Of a DNA stretch of 64,000 bases, positions 43,020 through 53,900 are shown one piece after another. The position numbers and the translations under genes were made by a program. The first letter of the stretch is position 1; every line of letters starts with the position of its first letter. The notes below the pieces were generated by a model. It was not told the DNA's origin and did no database searches. It saw nothing but the letters and a program-made list of their open reading frames with translations. This DNA is from Colwellia sp. (lineage in GTDB: Bacteria; Pseudomonadota; Gammaproteobacteria; Enterobacterales; Alteromonadaceae): assembly GCA_034111385.1 (NCBI GenBank), contig JAWUXK010000107.1, positions 1,302 through 65,301 of the forward strand, given 5' to 3'.

Positions 43020-44390
43020 TTATCTTATCATCAAGTATTGTGAGTAATTGTCACGGATGATATTGAGGGCAAAAACGCCTTTTTTATCTTTAAGATAATC
43101 TCGCAGCTCTGCGATATTATTGATACGGTTGCGGTTTATTGCGGTAATCAAGTCACCTGGTTTTAAGCCGACAAGCTCTGCGGGTGAATTCTTTGCAACA
43201 TTGGTAATTGTAACCCCGGTGTTGTTGTTATTGTTTTCTAATTTTGCTCCTTCAAACATGCGGTGAATATTAGCGGCTGCTACATTGCTTGTTTGTGACT
43301 GCTTTAACTTAACGTTAAATTTTTGTGACTTACCATTACGAATTATCGTTAATTTGATTTGTTTACCTGCGCCAATAGAGCCAATTTTACCGCGTAATTC
43401 TTGAAACGTTTTTACTGATTTACCATTGAGCTTAGTAATGACATCACCAGGCTTAATACCCGCCTCATCAGCTGCAGAATCTGGCATAACTTGTTCAATA
43501 AAAGCGCCTTGATTAATTTTCAACTCCATCGCTTTCGCTATTTCACTATTAACGCTACGGCCTGAAACACCTAAGACACCGCGATGCACTTCACCAAATT
43601 CAATAATTTGCTTGGCTAAGTTATTCATCATGTTACTTGGAATGGCGAAACCAATACCCACGTTACCACCATTAGGTCCTAAAATAGCTGTATTAATACC
43701 AATGAGTTCACCACGTAAGTTCACTAAAGCGCCACCGGAATTACCACTATTTATGGCGGCATCAGTTTGGATAAAGTCTTCGTAGTTTTCTATATCTAAA
43801 CCACTACGACCTAATGCACTAACAATACCTGAAGTGACGGTTTGTCCTAAACCAAAAGGACTGCCAATAGCGATAGCAAAATCGCCAACACGCAATTTAT
43901 CTGAATCGGCGAGGACCATTTCGGTTAACTCGTCAGCATCTATTTGCAATAAGGCGATATCACTATCAGCATCAGAGCCTATTTTTTTCGCTTCAAATTG
44001 ACGACCATCTTTAAGGGTAATAATAATTTCATCTGCTCGTTCGATAACATGATTATTGGTAACAATATAGCCTTCTTCTGCATCAATAATAACGCCTGAA
44101 CCTAGCCCACGAAATGGTCGCTGCTGAGCTTGATTTGAACCCTGATTAGGTTTGCCAAAAAAACGAAATAGATCAGGAACACTTTGTTTTATTTCATGGG
44201 TGCCTTGTACCGCTATACTCACGACTGCGGGCGTAGATTTTTCAAGCATAGGGGCAAGGCTTGGCATCGTTTGACCATCAACACTAGATGGCCAAATTGC
44301 AAAGGCATGAGCATTTGGTATAATGAGTGAGCTAGAAAGTAATAGGGCGCCAAGAATAGCGGATAGCGGAATAAAAGATGTTTTTTTCAT
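43020..44390 (-). CDS. degQ: Do/DegQ-family serine protease (two PDZ)
   Basis: MPSLAPML, TNNHV, QTDAAINSGNSGG, two PDZ domains; zapG-degQ-degS synteny. Confidence 0.92.
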   Translation of the reverse strand: MKKTSFIPLSAILGALLLSSSLIIPNAHAFAIWPSSVDGQTMPSLAPMLEKSTPAVVSIAVQGTHEIKQSVPDLFRFFGKPNQGSNQAQQRPFRGLGSGVIIDAEEGYIVTNNHVIERADEIIITLKDGRQFEAKKIGSDADSDIALLQIDADELTEMVLADSDKLRVGDFAIAIGSPFGLGQTVTSGIVSALGRSGLDIENYEDFIQTDAAINSGNSGGALVNLRGELIGINTAILGPNGGNVGIGFAIPSNMMNNLAKQIIEFGEVHRGVLGVSGRSVNSEIAKAMELKINQGAFIEQVMPDSAADEAGIKPGDVITKLNGKSVKTFQELRGKIGSIGAGKQIKLTIIRNGKSQKFNVKLKQSQTSNVAAANIHRMFEGAKLENNNNNTGVTITNVAKNSPAELVGLKPGDLITAINRNRINNIAELRDYLKDKKGVFALNIIRDNYSQYLMIR

Positions 44391-44426
44391 ATGTGAAGAA
44401 TATCCTAAAACGTAAATGTTAAACAG

Positions 44427-44453
44427 ATAGACTTAAACATATAAATTAAGTTC
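44427..44453 (-). promoter_or_regulatory. Putative sigmaE promoter of degQ
   Basis: Minus strand GAACTT-N16-TCTAT (preceded by G), 36 bp upstream of the start codon. Confidence 0.6.
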
Positions 44454-44511
44454 ACAAATGCCAAGTGGCATTTGTAACACTTTATTTCTAATTACTTTTG
44501 AGAAGTCTTAT

Positions 44512-44964
44512 CTACGCTGAAGCTTGTTTTTTCTTCTCATCAACAAACAGGCCACTTGATTCATTTGAGTAATCTAATGGTGGTTCTGTGGCGGTATCAA
44601 CTTTAGCATCTACTTTCTTAGGGTGTCTTAACTCAGCAGTCTCTGCTAATTGTTCTTGAGTTTCTTGTGAGAAGAAAGGGATATCATCTGAATCGTTTGA
44701 GGTTGCTCGCTTTAATAGCTGGGTACTTTCTTGCATTTGTTTCATTGCTGTTTGGCAGGTGCCATTCATTTGTTCTAATAATCTTGTTGAGCTGTTAAGG
44801 TGGTCAGCAACATCGAGTTTATATTGATTCAATGTTTCTTCACTTTTTTTGGCTTGTTCTGCTAATTTACGCTGTTCTCGATTTGAAGACGAAAGGAAGT
44901 GATTAGCAATATACCCCACAATGGCGCCGATAATGAAAACAATTGATGCGGTTACTACGGTCAT
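44512..44964 (-). CDS. zapG: YhcB/ZapG (DUF1043) family protein
   Basis: N-terminal TM, coiled coil YKLDVADHL, PPLDYS...SGL; synteny. Confidence 0.85.
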   Translation of the reverse strand: MTVVTASIVFIIGAIVGYIANHFLSSSNREQRKLAEQAKKSEETLNQYKLDVADHLNSSTRLLEQMNGTCQTAMKQMQESTQLLKRATSNDSDDIPFFSQETQEQLAETAELRHPKKVDAKVDTATEPPLDYSNESSGLFVDEKKKQASA

Positions 44965-45137
44965 AAGGTTACCTTAAATAGAGATAGAAATAAAAATAAT
45001 GAATAATTCAGTGTTAAATATAACGCTGTAATAGTTTACAATAATATCGTGCTAGCGTTTTTTTTTATAGTTTTAACTTGCCCATATTAAAAATATATTG
45101 GCGATTCCCTTTCTCAAGCCACGAATGATCAAATAAT

Positions 45138-46253
45138 ATGATTAAACTTTCTCCAATTGAAAAATATAAACAAGATCTAACAAAAGAAGATTTTATTTTT
45201 GATGCTGCCCAAGAGAATGCAGTTAAACATTTGCAACGTTTATATGAAGAATTGCAAATTAAACCTTTGGAAGTATCTGGTTTTACAAAGGTATTAAATC
45301 GCTGGAAAAAAGTTTATGCGAAACAAGAAGTAGAGTCAATTAAAGGACTCTATTTTTGGGGAGGTGTCGGACGAGGAAAAACCTATTTAGTTGACACCTT
45401 TTATGATTGCCTTCCGTTTAAAAATAAAATGCGAGTTCATTTTCATCGGTTTATGCATAGAGTACATCAAGAGCTTAAAGGGTTAACGGGTCAGTCAGAT
45501 CCATTAAAAATTATTGCTAAAAAGTTTGCTAGTGAAACACGCATCATCTGTTTTGATGAGTTTTTTGTTTCGGATATAACCGATGCAATGATCTTAGGAA
45601 CTTTATTTGAAGAGTTGTTTTCACATAACGTTATCTTAGTTGCTACCTCAAATATTATACCGGATGAGTTATATCGCAATGGTTTGCAACGGGCACGCTT
45701 TTTACCTGCAATCAAGTTGATAAATAAGCATACTGAAATAGTGAATGTTGATAGCGGTGTTGACTATCGATTGCGCACATTAGAGCAAGCTGAAATCTTT
45801 CATTATCCACTTGATAAACAAGCCACTGATAACTTACATCAGTATTTTAAACAGCTTTCTTGTGAACCAGGTAAAGAAGGCGTTGAAATTGAGATTAATA
45901 ATCGTCAACTACCCACAGTATGCGTTTCTGACGGCGTAGTGTTTTTTGAATTTTCAGTGTTATGTGAAAGTGCTAGAAGCCAGGGCGATTATATGGAAAT
46001 TAGTCAACTTTATCACTCGGTATTAATGGCAAATGTTAAACAGATGGGGCATGAAAGTGATGATAGTACAAGGCGCTTTATTGCGCTAGTTGATGAGTTC
46101 TATGAACGTAATGTTAAACTTATCATGTCGGCGGAATACCCATTAGAAGAGTTATACACCGGCGGTAATTTAACCTTTGAGTTTAAACGCTGTTTGAGTC
46201 GTTTACAGGAAATGCAATCGCATGATTATTTAGCGAGTGAGCATTTACCGTAA
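45138..46253 (+). CDS. zapE: AFG1-family ATPase ZapE
   Basis: GLYFWGGVGRGKT, HFHRFM, CFDEFFVSDITDAM, SRLQEMQS. Confidence 0.95.
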   Translation: MIKLSPIEKYKQDLTKEDFIFDAAQENAVKHLQRLYEELQIKPLEVSGFTKVLNRWKKVYAKQEVESIKGLYFWGGVGRGKTYLVDTFYDCLPFKNKMRVHFHRFMHRVHQELKGLTGQSDPLKIIAKKFASETRIICFDEFFVSDITDAMILGTLFEELFSHNVILVATSNIIPDELYRNGLQRARFLPAIKLINKHTEIVNVDSGVDYRLRTLEQAEIFHYPLDKQATDNLHQYFKQLSCEPGKEGVEIEINNRQLPTVCVSDGVVFFEFSVLCESARSQGDYMEISQLYHSVLMANVKQMGHESDDSTRRFIALVDEFYERNVKLIMSAEYPLEELYTGGNLTFEFKRCLSRLQEMQSHDYLASEHLP

Positions 46254-46279
46254 CTAAGCGGTAATAAAAATGGGTCGAG

Positions 46280-46305
46280 AAGGGGAGCGTTAAGCTCCCT
46301 TTTTT
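46280..46305. terminator. Terminator between convergent zapE and cnoX
   Basis: GGGAGC-GTTAA-GCTCCC plus T-tract. Confidence 0.75.
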
Positions 46306-46318
46306 ATAGATGATATTT

Positions 46319-47173
46319 TTAATATAAAAGCGTATATAACTTTCGACGGAATTTAGTGGCAATCGCATCCCCATCAGGAAGTGCTTTTAATACATCTAAA
46401 AACAGCTCTTTACTTCTTTCTTTTGTTTGGGCTTCGCCACTTTGCACTAAGCGAAATAACAAGGTTAATGCTTCTTCATGACGATTAACTTGGCTGTATT
46501 GCGCGGCTAATTGATGTGAGATTTCTATATCACCAGGATTACTGGTAAGTTGAGCTTCTAATGCTTGAATTTCTGGCGAATTTGCTGCTTGATCAGCAAG
46601 TTCAAGTTTAGCGACTAACGCTTGGTAGTAACTATCTTGATCAACCATCATGATGGTATCAAGCAACACTCGTGCTTCGTCGATATTCCCCGCTTGAATA
46701 TTTACATCTATTAACACCAGCTTAATGTCAGCGCGCTCAGCATCAAGTTGGTATGCTTGAGTTATTGCATTTTTCGCTTCGGCTACCTTGTTTTCCGCTA
46801 ATGCCGCTTGTGCTTGAGCTAATAATAGATCTTGAGCTTTAGGCAAATATTTATCTAAAAAGGTGGCGATACTTTCATCGGTTTGTGGCCCTGAAATACC
46901 ATCTAGTGGTTGTCCATCTTTCACTAAAATAGCGGTAGGTAAACCTTGAATAGCAAATTGTTGTGCAATTTGTTGTTGGCTTTGACAATCAAGAGATGCC
47001 ATCAACATATGTTCGCCAAAAGGCTGAACTTTAGTTGCTAATGCATCCCTTAGCTGAACACTTTCTGGTATTTGTTCGGCCCAAAATGCGACTAAAACAA
47101 GTTTGTTTTTTGATTCTTCCAACACAACTTGTTGAAAATTTTCTAAATTAATTGCAATCATATTTGAGCTCAT
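46319..47173 (-). CDS. cnoX: Thioredoxin-like/TPR chaperedoxin (YbbN/CnoX)
   Basis: Trx fold (FWA...GLPT...GQPLDG) plus TPRs, C-terminal FRRKLYTLLY. Confidence 0.88.
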   Translation of the reverse strand: MSSNMIAINLENFQQVVLEESKNKLVLVAFWAEQIPESVQLRDALATKVQPFGEHMLMASLDCQSQQQIAQQFAIQGLPTAILVKDGQPLDGISGPQTDESIATFLDKYLPKAQDLLLAQAQAALAENKVAEAKNAITQAYQLDAERADIKLVLIDVNIQAGNIDEARVLLDTIMMVDQDSYYQALVAKLELADQAANSPEIQALEAQLTSNPGDIEISHQLAAQYSQVNRHEEALTLLFRLVQSGEAQTKERSKELFLDVLKALPDGDAIATKFRRKLYTLLY

Positions 47174-47219
47174 AGTTTGTCCGAAGTAATGAATTTATCT
47201 AGTAGTGTCTTGAGTATAA

Positions 47220-48041
47220 CTAAGTTAATACAAACCATAGTAAGCCAACACCTAAGATTAAACGATAAATAACAAAAGGCATCATACCTAGTTTATTTAA
47301 CAGAATAAGAAAATAATGAATACACGCGTAAGCACTAACAAAGGCAAGTATGCTGCCTAGTCCGATAGCTTGCCAGTCAACCGCTTCTGTTGATAGCACT
47401 AACTTTAGCGTTAAATAACTGCCCGCCATCGCAATAGCAGGGATAGACAATAGAAAAGAAAAACGTGCGGCATTATCTCGGCTTAAACCTAGCATTAAGC
47501 CAATAGTCATTGTTATGCCAGAACGAGAAGTGCCGGGTATTAAGGCAACAGCTTGTGCCAAACCAATTAGCATAGCGCCTTTAATGCCAAGTTTTTCTAG
47601 TGTTTTATGTTCTTTTCTGTGGCCGGCCTTAACATCAGCAAAGCCCAATAAAAAACCAAATAATAAGGTTGTTGCCGCAATCACTATAGCTGAACGTAAG
47701 TGTTCTTCAATAAAGTCTTTACCGAATAAACCAAATAAGCCAGCAGGAATAGTGGCAAAAAGAATCCACCAAGCTAACTTACCATCAAAAGAATTTGTGT
47801 TTTTTTCAGGGCCTATATTGATTGTGCCTAACCAAGCCACAGACATAGATCCTAATTCTTTTCTAAAATAGGACATTACCGCCAATAGTGTGCCAACATG
47901 TACTGCAACATCAAACGCTAGTCCTTGATCTTGCCAGCCCAGTATTTGTGAAGGTAATATCAAATGAGCAGAACTGGAAATAGGCAAAAACTCAGTTAAG
48001 CCTTGCAGCAATGCTAAAATAATTATCTCTAAAGTACTCAT
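47220..48041 (-). CDS. uppP: Undecaprenyl-diphosphatase (BacA)
   Basis: [31 protein letters not shown]. Confidence 0.96.
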   Translation of the reverse strand: MSTLEIIILALLQGLTEFLPISSSAHLILPSQILGWQDQGLAFDVAVHVGTLLAVMSYFRKELGSMSVAWLGTINIGPEKNTNSFDGKLAWWILFATIPAGLFGLFGKDFIEEHLRSAIVIAATTLLFGFLLGFADVKAGHRKEHKTLEKLGIKGAMLIGLAQAVALIPGTSRSGITMTIGLMLGLSRDNAARFSFLLSIPAIAMAGSYLTLKLVLSTEAVDWQAIGLGSILAFVSAYACIHYFLILLNKLGMMPFVIYRLILGVGLLWFVLT

Positions 48042-48146
48042 TAAATTTTCTCAGCTTTATATTCGTTTAAATATTAATAAAAAAGTGACGTGTTGTGAAA
48101 GGTCGCCTTACGTTTCTCGACATAGCCACTTAGAAGTATTTTTTTC

Positions 48147-48644
48147 TTACCAACAATTAGCCACTCTTTTAAGTTGTTGGTGATGTCTGTCATAGTTTTG
48201 CCATAGCGTGTAATAATTTTTCTTGATTATAGGGTGTATTACTTGTGGCGCTACTTCGCTTAATGGCCATAGCACAAACGCATTTTTATTTATTTCATCG
48301 CGGGGTAATTGTGCTGGCGAATCGATGACCAACTGATCATAAAGTAATAAATCAAGATCTAAAGTGCGTGGGCTAAACTTTTTAGCATCGTGAGTTCGAC
48401 CATAGAAAAATTCAATATCACGCAATATTATGGTGACTTGTTCAACATTTTTTGGCGTTGTAATGCCAATAACCATATTGTAAAAGGCGTTACCACTAAA
48501 ACCCACAGCGTCACTTTCAAATAATGATGAAAGTTTTAATTGTTCAAAAGGTAAATTGAACGCAAGGGCAAGAGCGTTAAGCCCCTGTTGAACATGATAT
48601 TCACGCTCAACATTACTACCTAATGAAATATAGATATCAGCCAT
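48147..48644 (-). CDS. folK: 2-amino-4-hydroxy-6-hydroxymethyldihydropteridine diphosphokinase
   Basis: ISLGSN, FYN, PRTLDLDLL, FVLWPL. Confidence 0.92.
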   Translation of the reverse strand: MADIYISLGSNVEREYHVQQGLNALALAFNLPFEQLKLSSLFESDAVGFSGNAFYNMVIGITTPKNVEQVTIILRDIEFFYGRTHDAKKFSPRTLDLDLLLYDQLVIDSPAQLPRDEINKNAFVLWPLSEVAPQVIHPIIKKNYYTLWQNYDRHHQQLKRVANCW

Positions 48645-49015
48645 TAAGTTGATTTTTTTTGAGTAAGTTGACCGCGTTCAATTTCAACCCCAACAGTGGT
48701 TGCATTATGCACAGCACCAGGTTTGCCAATGGTTAACTGTAACCAAGGAATATGAAATTGAGTCATTAAAAAGTCAGCCGTACGTTCAGCTAATGTTTCT
48801 AATAAATCAACCGGGTTGTCATTGGCGAATTTTTCTATGGCAACCGAAATTTCAGCGTAATCTAATGTTTTTGCTAATTCATCATTTTCTGCTGCGCTAG
48901 CGGTATCCCATGCCATCGCAACATCAATAACTAAGGTTTGTTTGATTTCTTTTTCCCATTGAAAAAAACCAATGGTTGTTTGAATATGCAAACCTTTGAT
49001 AAAAACCTTATCCAT
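48644..49015 (-). CDS. folB: Dihydroneopterin aldolase
   Basis: MDKVFIKGL, WEKEIKQ, LDY, LLETLAE, KPGAV, GVEIER. Confidence 0.95.
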   Translation of the reverse strand: MDKVFIKGLHIQTTIGFFQWEKEIKQTLVIDVAMAWDTASAAENDELAKTLDYAEISVAIEKFANDNPVDLLETLAERTADFLMTQFHIPWLQLTIGKPGAVHNATTVGVEIERGQLTQKKST

Positions 49016-49047
49016 GAATTTTCCACTAAATTATCTTTGAAGGATTT

Positions 49048-49095
49048 ATACCCATTAAGCTAATGAATTGATCAATTCATTAGCTCAATGGGTAT
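49048..49095. repeat. 48-bp loop-less palindrome (MITE/ERIC-like?)
   Basis: ATACCCATTAAGCTAATGAATTGA|TCAATTCATTAGCTCAATGGGTAT, 23/24 arm complementarity. Confidence 0.85.
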
Positions 49096-49201
49096 TATTA
49101 TAAAATAAAAGCTGAGTTTACCTGTGCAAGTGTAGAAAAACTAGCAGATAACAAGATAGAATGTCGAATAATGTTAATTTTTTGAAAAAACCTAGATTGC
49201 C

Positions 49202-49813
49202 ATGTTGCTATTAACGCTTGCCATGATTATTGCTGCCTATTTAATAGGTTCAATTTCTAGTGCTATTTTAATTTGCAAACTACTTGGATTACCTGATCCT
49301 CGGACCACAGGTTCGAACAACCCTGGAGCAACGAATGTTTTAAGGATTAGCAATAAATTAACAGCCGCTACGGTGTTATTTTTAGATGTTTTAAAAGGAA
49401 CAATTCCTGTTTGGGGTGCTTATTTTTTATATGCACACTTTTTAGAAAGGGAGCCTTTATATCTAGGCATTATTGGTGTCGCTGCCTGTCTAGGGCATAT
49501 GTACCCATTGTTCTTTAACTTTCAAGGTGGCAAAGCTGTCGCTACTGCCTTGGGAACATTGTTACCGATAGGGTTGAGTTTAGGTGCGTTACTCATTTTT
49601 ACTTGGATTGTAGTAGCAAAGTTAACTAAATATTCAAGTTTAGCAGCAATTGTTACCGTATCTTTTGCGCCACTTTATGTGTTTTTTTTAAAGCCATTGT
49701 ATGTGTACCCAACGCTGATGTTGAGTGCACTAATTATTTTCCGCCATAAAGATAATATTGTTCGTTTGCTTCAAGGCACAGAAAATAAAATTACCACTAA
49801 AAAAAATCACTGA
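49202..49813 (+). CDS. plsY: Glycerol-3-phosphate acyltransferase
   Basis: [38 protein letters not shown]. Confidence 0.96.
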   Translation: MLLLTLAMIIAAYLIGSISSAILICKLLGLPDPRTTGSNNPGATNVLRISNKLTAATVLFLDVLKGTIPVWGAYFLYAHFLEREPLYLGIIGVAACLGHMYPLFFNFQGGKAVATALGTLLPIGLSLGALLIFTWIVVAKLTKYSSLAAIVTVSFAPLYVFFLKPLYVYPTLMLSALIIFRHKDNIVRLLQGTENKITTKKNH

Positions 49814-49841
49814 TAAATTACTATTAGCTTTCAGGAACTTC

Positions 49842-50981
49842 ATGAAAATTTTATTAAAATTATTATGCTTAAATTTATTAATTTTAGCCTTAATACCACT
49901 AGGTGCGCTTGCACAAAAGTTTCCCCCTGCGAGTGTTAATGTCGACAGTGCGAAAATGACTGCGCTATCACCTGTTATTTGGGTTTCTGGTACTGTCGTT
50001 AGTCAAAATGACGCTAATATTGCTGCCGAAGTTTCAGGCCGATTGACAAGTTTATCTGCCATTGGTACTCGTGTTGTTCAAGGGGATGTGATCGCATCAC
50101 TTGATGATAAGCAGTTAATCATTGAATTAAGGGAAGCGCACGCTCTTGTGCTCAATAGCAAAGCGCATTTATCTTATCTTGAAGCGGAAGTTATTAGAAA
50201 AAAAGAATTATTTAACAAAAAAATATCACCTAAATCAGAGCTTGATAAAGTCATGTCTGAACGTGACATTGCCCAAGGTGATGTCATTGTTGCACAAGCA
50301 CGTGTCGACAAAATTAAGCAGAACCTTGCTTACACCGAATTAAAAGCCCCTTTTTCAGGTATTGTCACCCAACGTATCGCGAACCTTGGTGAATACGTTG
50401 AAAACGGTAGCGCTATTCTGCGCTTAGTAGAAATAGAAAATAGTGAAGCCAGTGTATTTACTCCAATTGTTGCTTATCAATATTTAAAAGAGACTAAACA
50501 GTTATCCGTTAAATCGGCTCTAGGCTTAGGTCAGGCAAATATTAAAGCGATAATACCTGTTGCTAATGCTCGTTCACATTTGATGGAAGTTCGGTTAGAT
50601 ATGTCAATATTTGATTGGCCAATTGGTTTGAACTTTAAAGCACAAGTGGCGAATGGCCCAAGTGAAACGTTATTAACGGTGCCTCGTGATGCTTTGGTGT
50701 TACGTCGAGAAGGCGCGAGTGTATTTCGAATTAACGAAAATGAACAAGGGGTAACAGCAGAAAAGGTTGCTGTTACTATTGGTACAGGTATGGGAGGGCT
50801 TGTTGCGGTTTCGAGTCGCGATCCTAATAAAGGCATAAATACGGGTGATTTAATTATTATTCGTGGTGCCGAGCGTTTGCAAGATGGTCAAAGTGTTGTG
50901 GTAAAAAATAATAATCATGCGCTTATTTCTCATCCACCTACCAAAAACAATACAACGATTGATAATAGTGGAAACCAGTAA
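49842..50981 (+). CDS. RND efflux periplasmic adaptor (membrane fusion protein)
   Basis: AAEVSGR, LKAPFSG, VPRDAL, RGAERLQDGQ; ATG 49842 after AGGA; stop overlaps the permease start. Confidence 0.9.
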   Translation: MKILLKLLCLNLLILALIPLGALAQKFPPASVNVDSAKMTALSPVIWVSGTVVSQNDANIAAEVSGRLTSLSAIGTRVVQGDVIASLDDKQLIIELREAHALVLNSKAHLSYLEAEVIRKKELFNKKISPKSELDKVMSERDIAQGDVIVAQARVDKIKQNLAYTELKAPFSGIVTQRIANLGEYVENGSAILRLVEIENSEASVFTPIVAYQYLKETKQLSVKSALGLGQANIKAIIPVANARSHLMEVRLDMSIFDWPIGLNFKAQVANGPSETLLTVPRDALVLRREGASVFRINENEQGVTAEKVAVTIGTGMGGLVAVSSRDPNKGINTGDLIIIRGAERLQDGQSVVVKNNNHALISHPPTKNNTTIDNSGNQ

Positions 50982-53900
50982 TGAACCTAACTGCCTCCGC
51001 ACTTAAAAATCCTACAGCGGTCATTGTTGCTATTTTACTGGTGGCGTTATTTGGCGTTATTAGTATCGTTCAACTGCCTATTCAATTAACACCAGATATA
51101 AGTAAACCTGAAATAATCATTGCTACTGATTGGCGCTCAGCAGCGCCAGAAGAAATAGAAGCTGAAATAATAGAACGTCAAGAAGATGTACTTAAAGGCT
51201 TGCAAGGGCTTGAGTCTTTGATTTCATCGTCTAATCAAGGTCAGGGAACGATTACTCTGCGTTATAGTACAGGTATTAATTTAGAACGAGCACTTATTGA
51301 TGTAATGAGTGCGTTAAACCAAGTGTCTCATTATCCTGTTGATGCCACAGAGCCAATAATTTCAGTGGGTGGTAATAAAACATTCACGGCTATTGCTTGG
51401 TTCGCATTAAAACCACTAGCAGGTAATGAGCGAGATATTGCCAGTTACCAAGATTATGTTGAAGAAGTAATTCAAGCAAGGGTGGAACGGGTCGCCGGTA
51501 TCTCTAAAACTAACGCTTTTGGCGGTTTATCTTCTGAGCTGAGGATAACATTTGATCCTTATAAAGCGTCTTCACTGGGGTTAAATATCCCGGCGTTAGC
51601 ATCAACATTAGCAAATAATAGTGATACTTCTGGTGGTTTTAATGAAGTTGGTCGAAGAAAATATACGTTACGATTTTCGGGTAAATATGGTGTAGAGCAA
51701 TTAGCTGAAATGGTACTCGAGTGGCGTGATGGCCAACCGGTATTGTTGCGTGATGTTGCTGAAGTAGAGCTTAGCTTAGAGGACAGAACCGGTATTTTAA
51801 CCTTGGATGGTGACCCTGCGATTGCAATGAATGCGCAGGCCGAACAAGGGGTTAATGTTATTGCGGTGATGAAAGAACTTAAAGCTGCCATGAAGGAGTT
51901 AAATGAAGGACCACTAAAGCGTGCTGGTTTGGAAATGATACAAATGTCAGACGAAACCATTTATATCAATCGCTCAATGAACTTAGTACGTAATAATTTA
52001 TTAATGGGGGTTGCCTTGGCAATCCTTGTTTTATGGTGGTTTTTACGGAAATTTCGCGCAACATTAATTGTTGCGCTTGCAATACCTATTTCATTGGTTG
52101 TCACCCTTATCGTGATGTTTTTTACCGGCAGAACATTAAATATTATCTCTATGGCTGGTTTAGCTTTTGCCGTTGGTATGGTGCTTGATGCGGCTATTGT
52201 AGTCTTAGAAAATATCGTGCGTTTACGGGAAAAAGGTGACCGACCTGAAAAAGCGGCATTAAAGGGGGCTACTCAAGTATGGGGGGCCTTAATTGCATCA
52301 ACAGTTACTACCGTTGCTATTTTTCTTCCAATAGCCTTTTTAGATGCTGTGTCAGGGCAATTATTTGCTGATTTAGCTATTACTATTGCCGTAGCGATTG
52401 TTGCTTCATTAATTATTGCCGTTACCGTCCTGCCTACTGCCGCACGTAATCTATTATCAGAGGTTAGTGCCGTTGACCCACATGCCCATTGGTGGCGACA
52501 TATTACCCAAAGTATTATGCGTATCACCAGTACACCGACAAAACGTTTCGCCTGGGTGTTTGGTTTAATGTTTATTTCGTTTGCCGGAAGTTGGGTGTTG
52601 TTTCCTAAAATTGATTATTTACCTAAAGGTAATCAAAATCAATTTGAAGCTTTTATTCTGCCACCACCGGGGTTAAGTTATCCGGCAGCTCGGTTTGAAA
52701 TGAGTGATGAAATTAATCGTCGCATCAAACCCTACTTAACAGGTGAAAAAGAACCGCAAATTGCACATACGTGGATGGGGTTTTTTGGTAGCTTTGGCTT
52801 TATGGGCGGTCGTACTGAGAGTGCTGATGACATTGGTGAAATAATTGACATTGTTAATCGTGAATTTTTACATGGCTTTCCTGACACGATGGCCTTTGCT
52901 TCGCAATCGGAAATATTTAGAAATTTAGCAGGTGGACGCCGTATTGATGTTGATATTCAAGGTAATGATGTCGATACATTATTACAAGCAGCGCAAGCAG
53001 GCTACGGCGCAATAAACCAAGCATTACCAGAGGGGCAAATTCAGCCTATACCAGGGTTAACCTTGGCTGAGCCAGAATTACGTATGATACCTAATGAAAG
53101 GCGCATGGCTGAAGCGGGTTGGAACCGCTCACAAGTGGGTGCTATTACACGTTCGTTGGGAACAGGCCTATACGTAGGTGATTTTTTTAATGGTCAAAAA
53201 CGTTTAGATGTTTTTTTAAGGACAACTGACTGGGAATCACCTGAAGAGCTAGCCGCTATTCCGCTATATACCCCTAATGCGGATGTTCAACCTGTTGGCG
53301 AGCTAGTTGATATTGTTAGAACTGCTGGTCCAAGCTCTATTAGGCGGGTGAATCGTCAGCGTACCATTACTTTGCAAGTAACGCCGCCAGATAATGTGAG
53401 TTTAGAAGAGGCTATAGCCACAATACAAGAAAAAGCAGAACCCGCAATTCTTGCGGTACTGGCACGTGATAGTGCAAATGAAAGTGGTAGTGTTGCCAGT
53501 GTTAATTATAGGGGCACTGCTGAAGCGTTAACTGAAGCGTTAACCAGTATGGGACAAAGCTTTGCTTTAGCACTAATCATTTTATACCTATTGATGGCCG
53601 CATTATTTCGCTCATTTAAAGACAGCATATTAGTTGTACTTACCATACCATTAGCAACGATTGGGGGGATTGGGTTTTTACAATTAACCAATTTAGTGAT
53701 TTTTCAGCCATTAGATTTATTAACTATGATAGGTTTTATTATTCTACTTGGCTTAGTGGTGAATAATGCGATTTTATTGGTGTATCAAACACGAATGGGA
53801 GAGGGGGAAGGTCTTTCTCGACATGACGCGGTAGAGCAAGCAGTTAGACTACGTTTAAGACCTATTTTAATGAGCACATTAACAAGTATATGTGGCATGT

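Noticed and set aside
49758-49841. Upstream extension of the MFP ORF overlapping plsY
   Set aside because: ATG 49842 has an RBS and gives a proper signal peptide. The ORF-track extensions of hslV, rplM, petA, diaA, the 2OG oxygenase and the transposase were trimmed for similar reasons.
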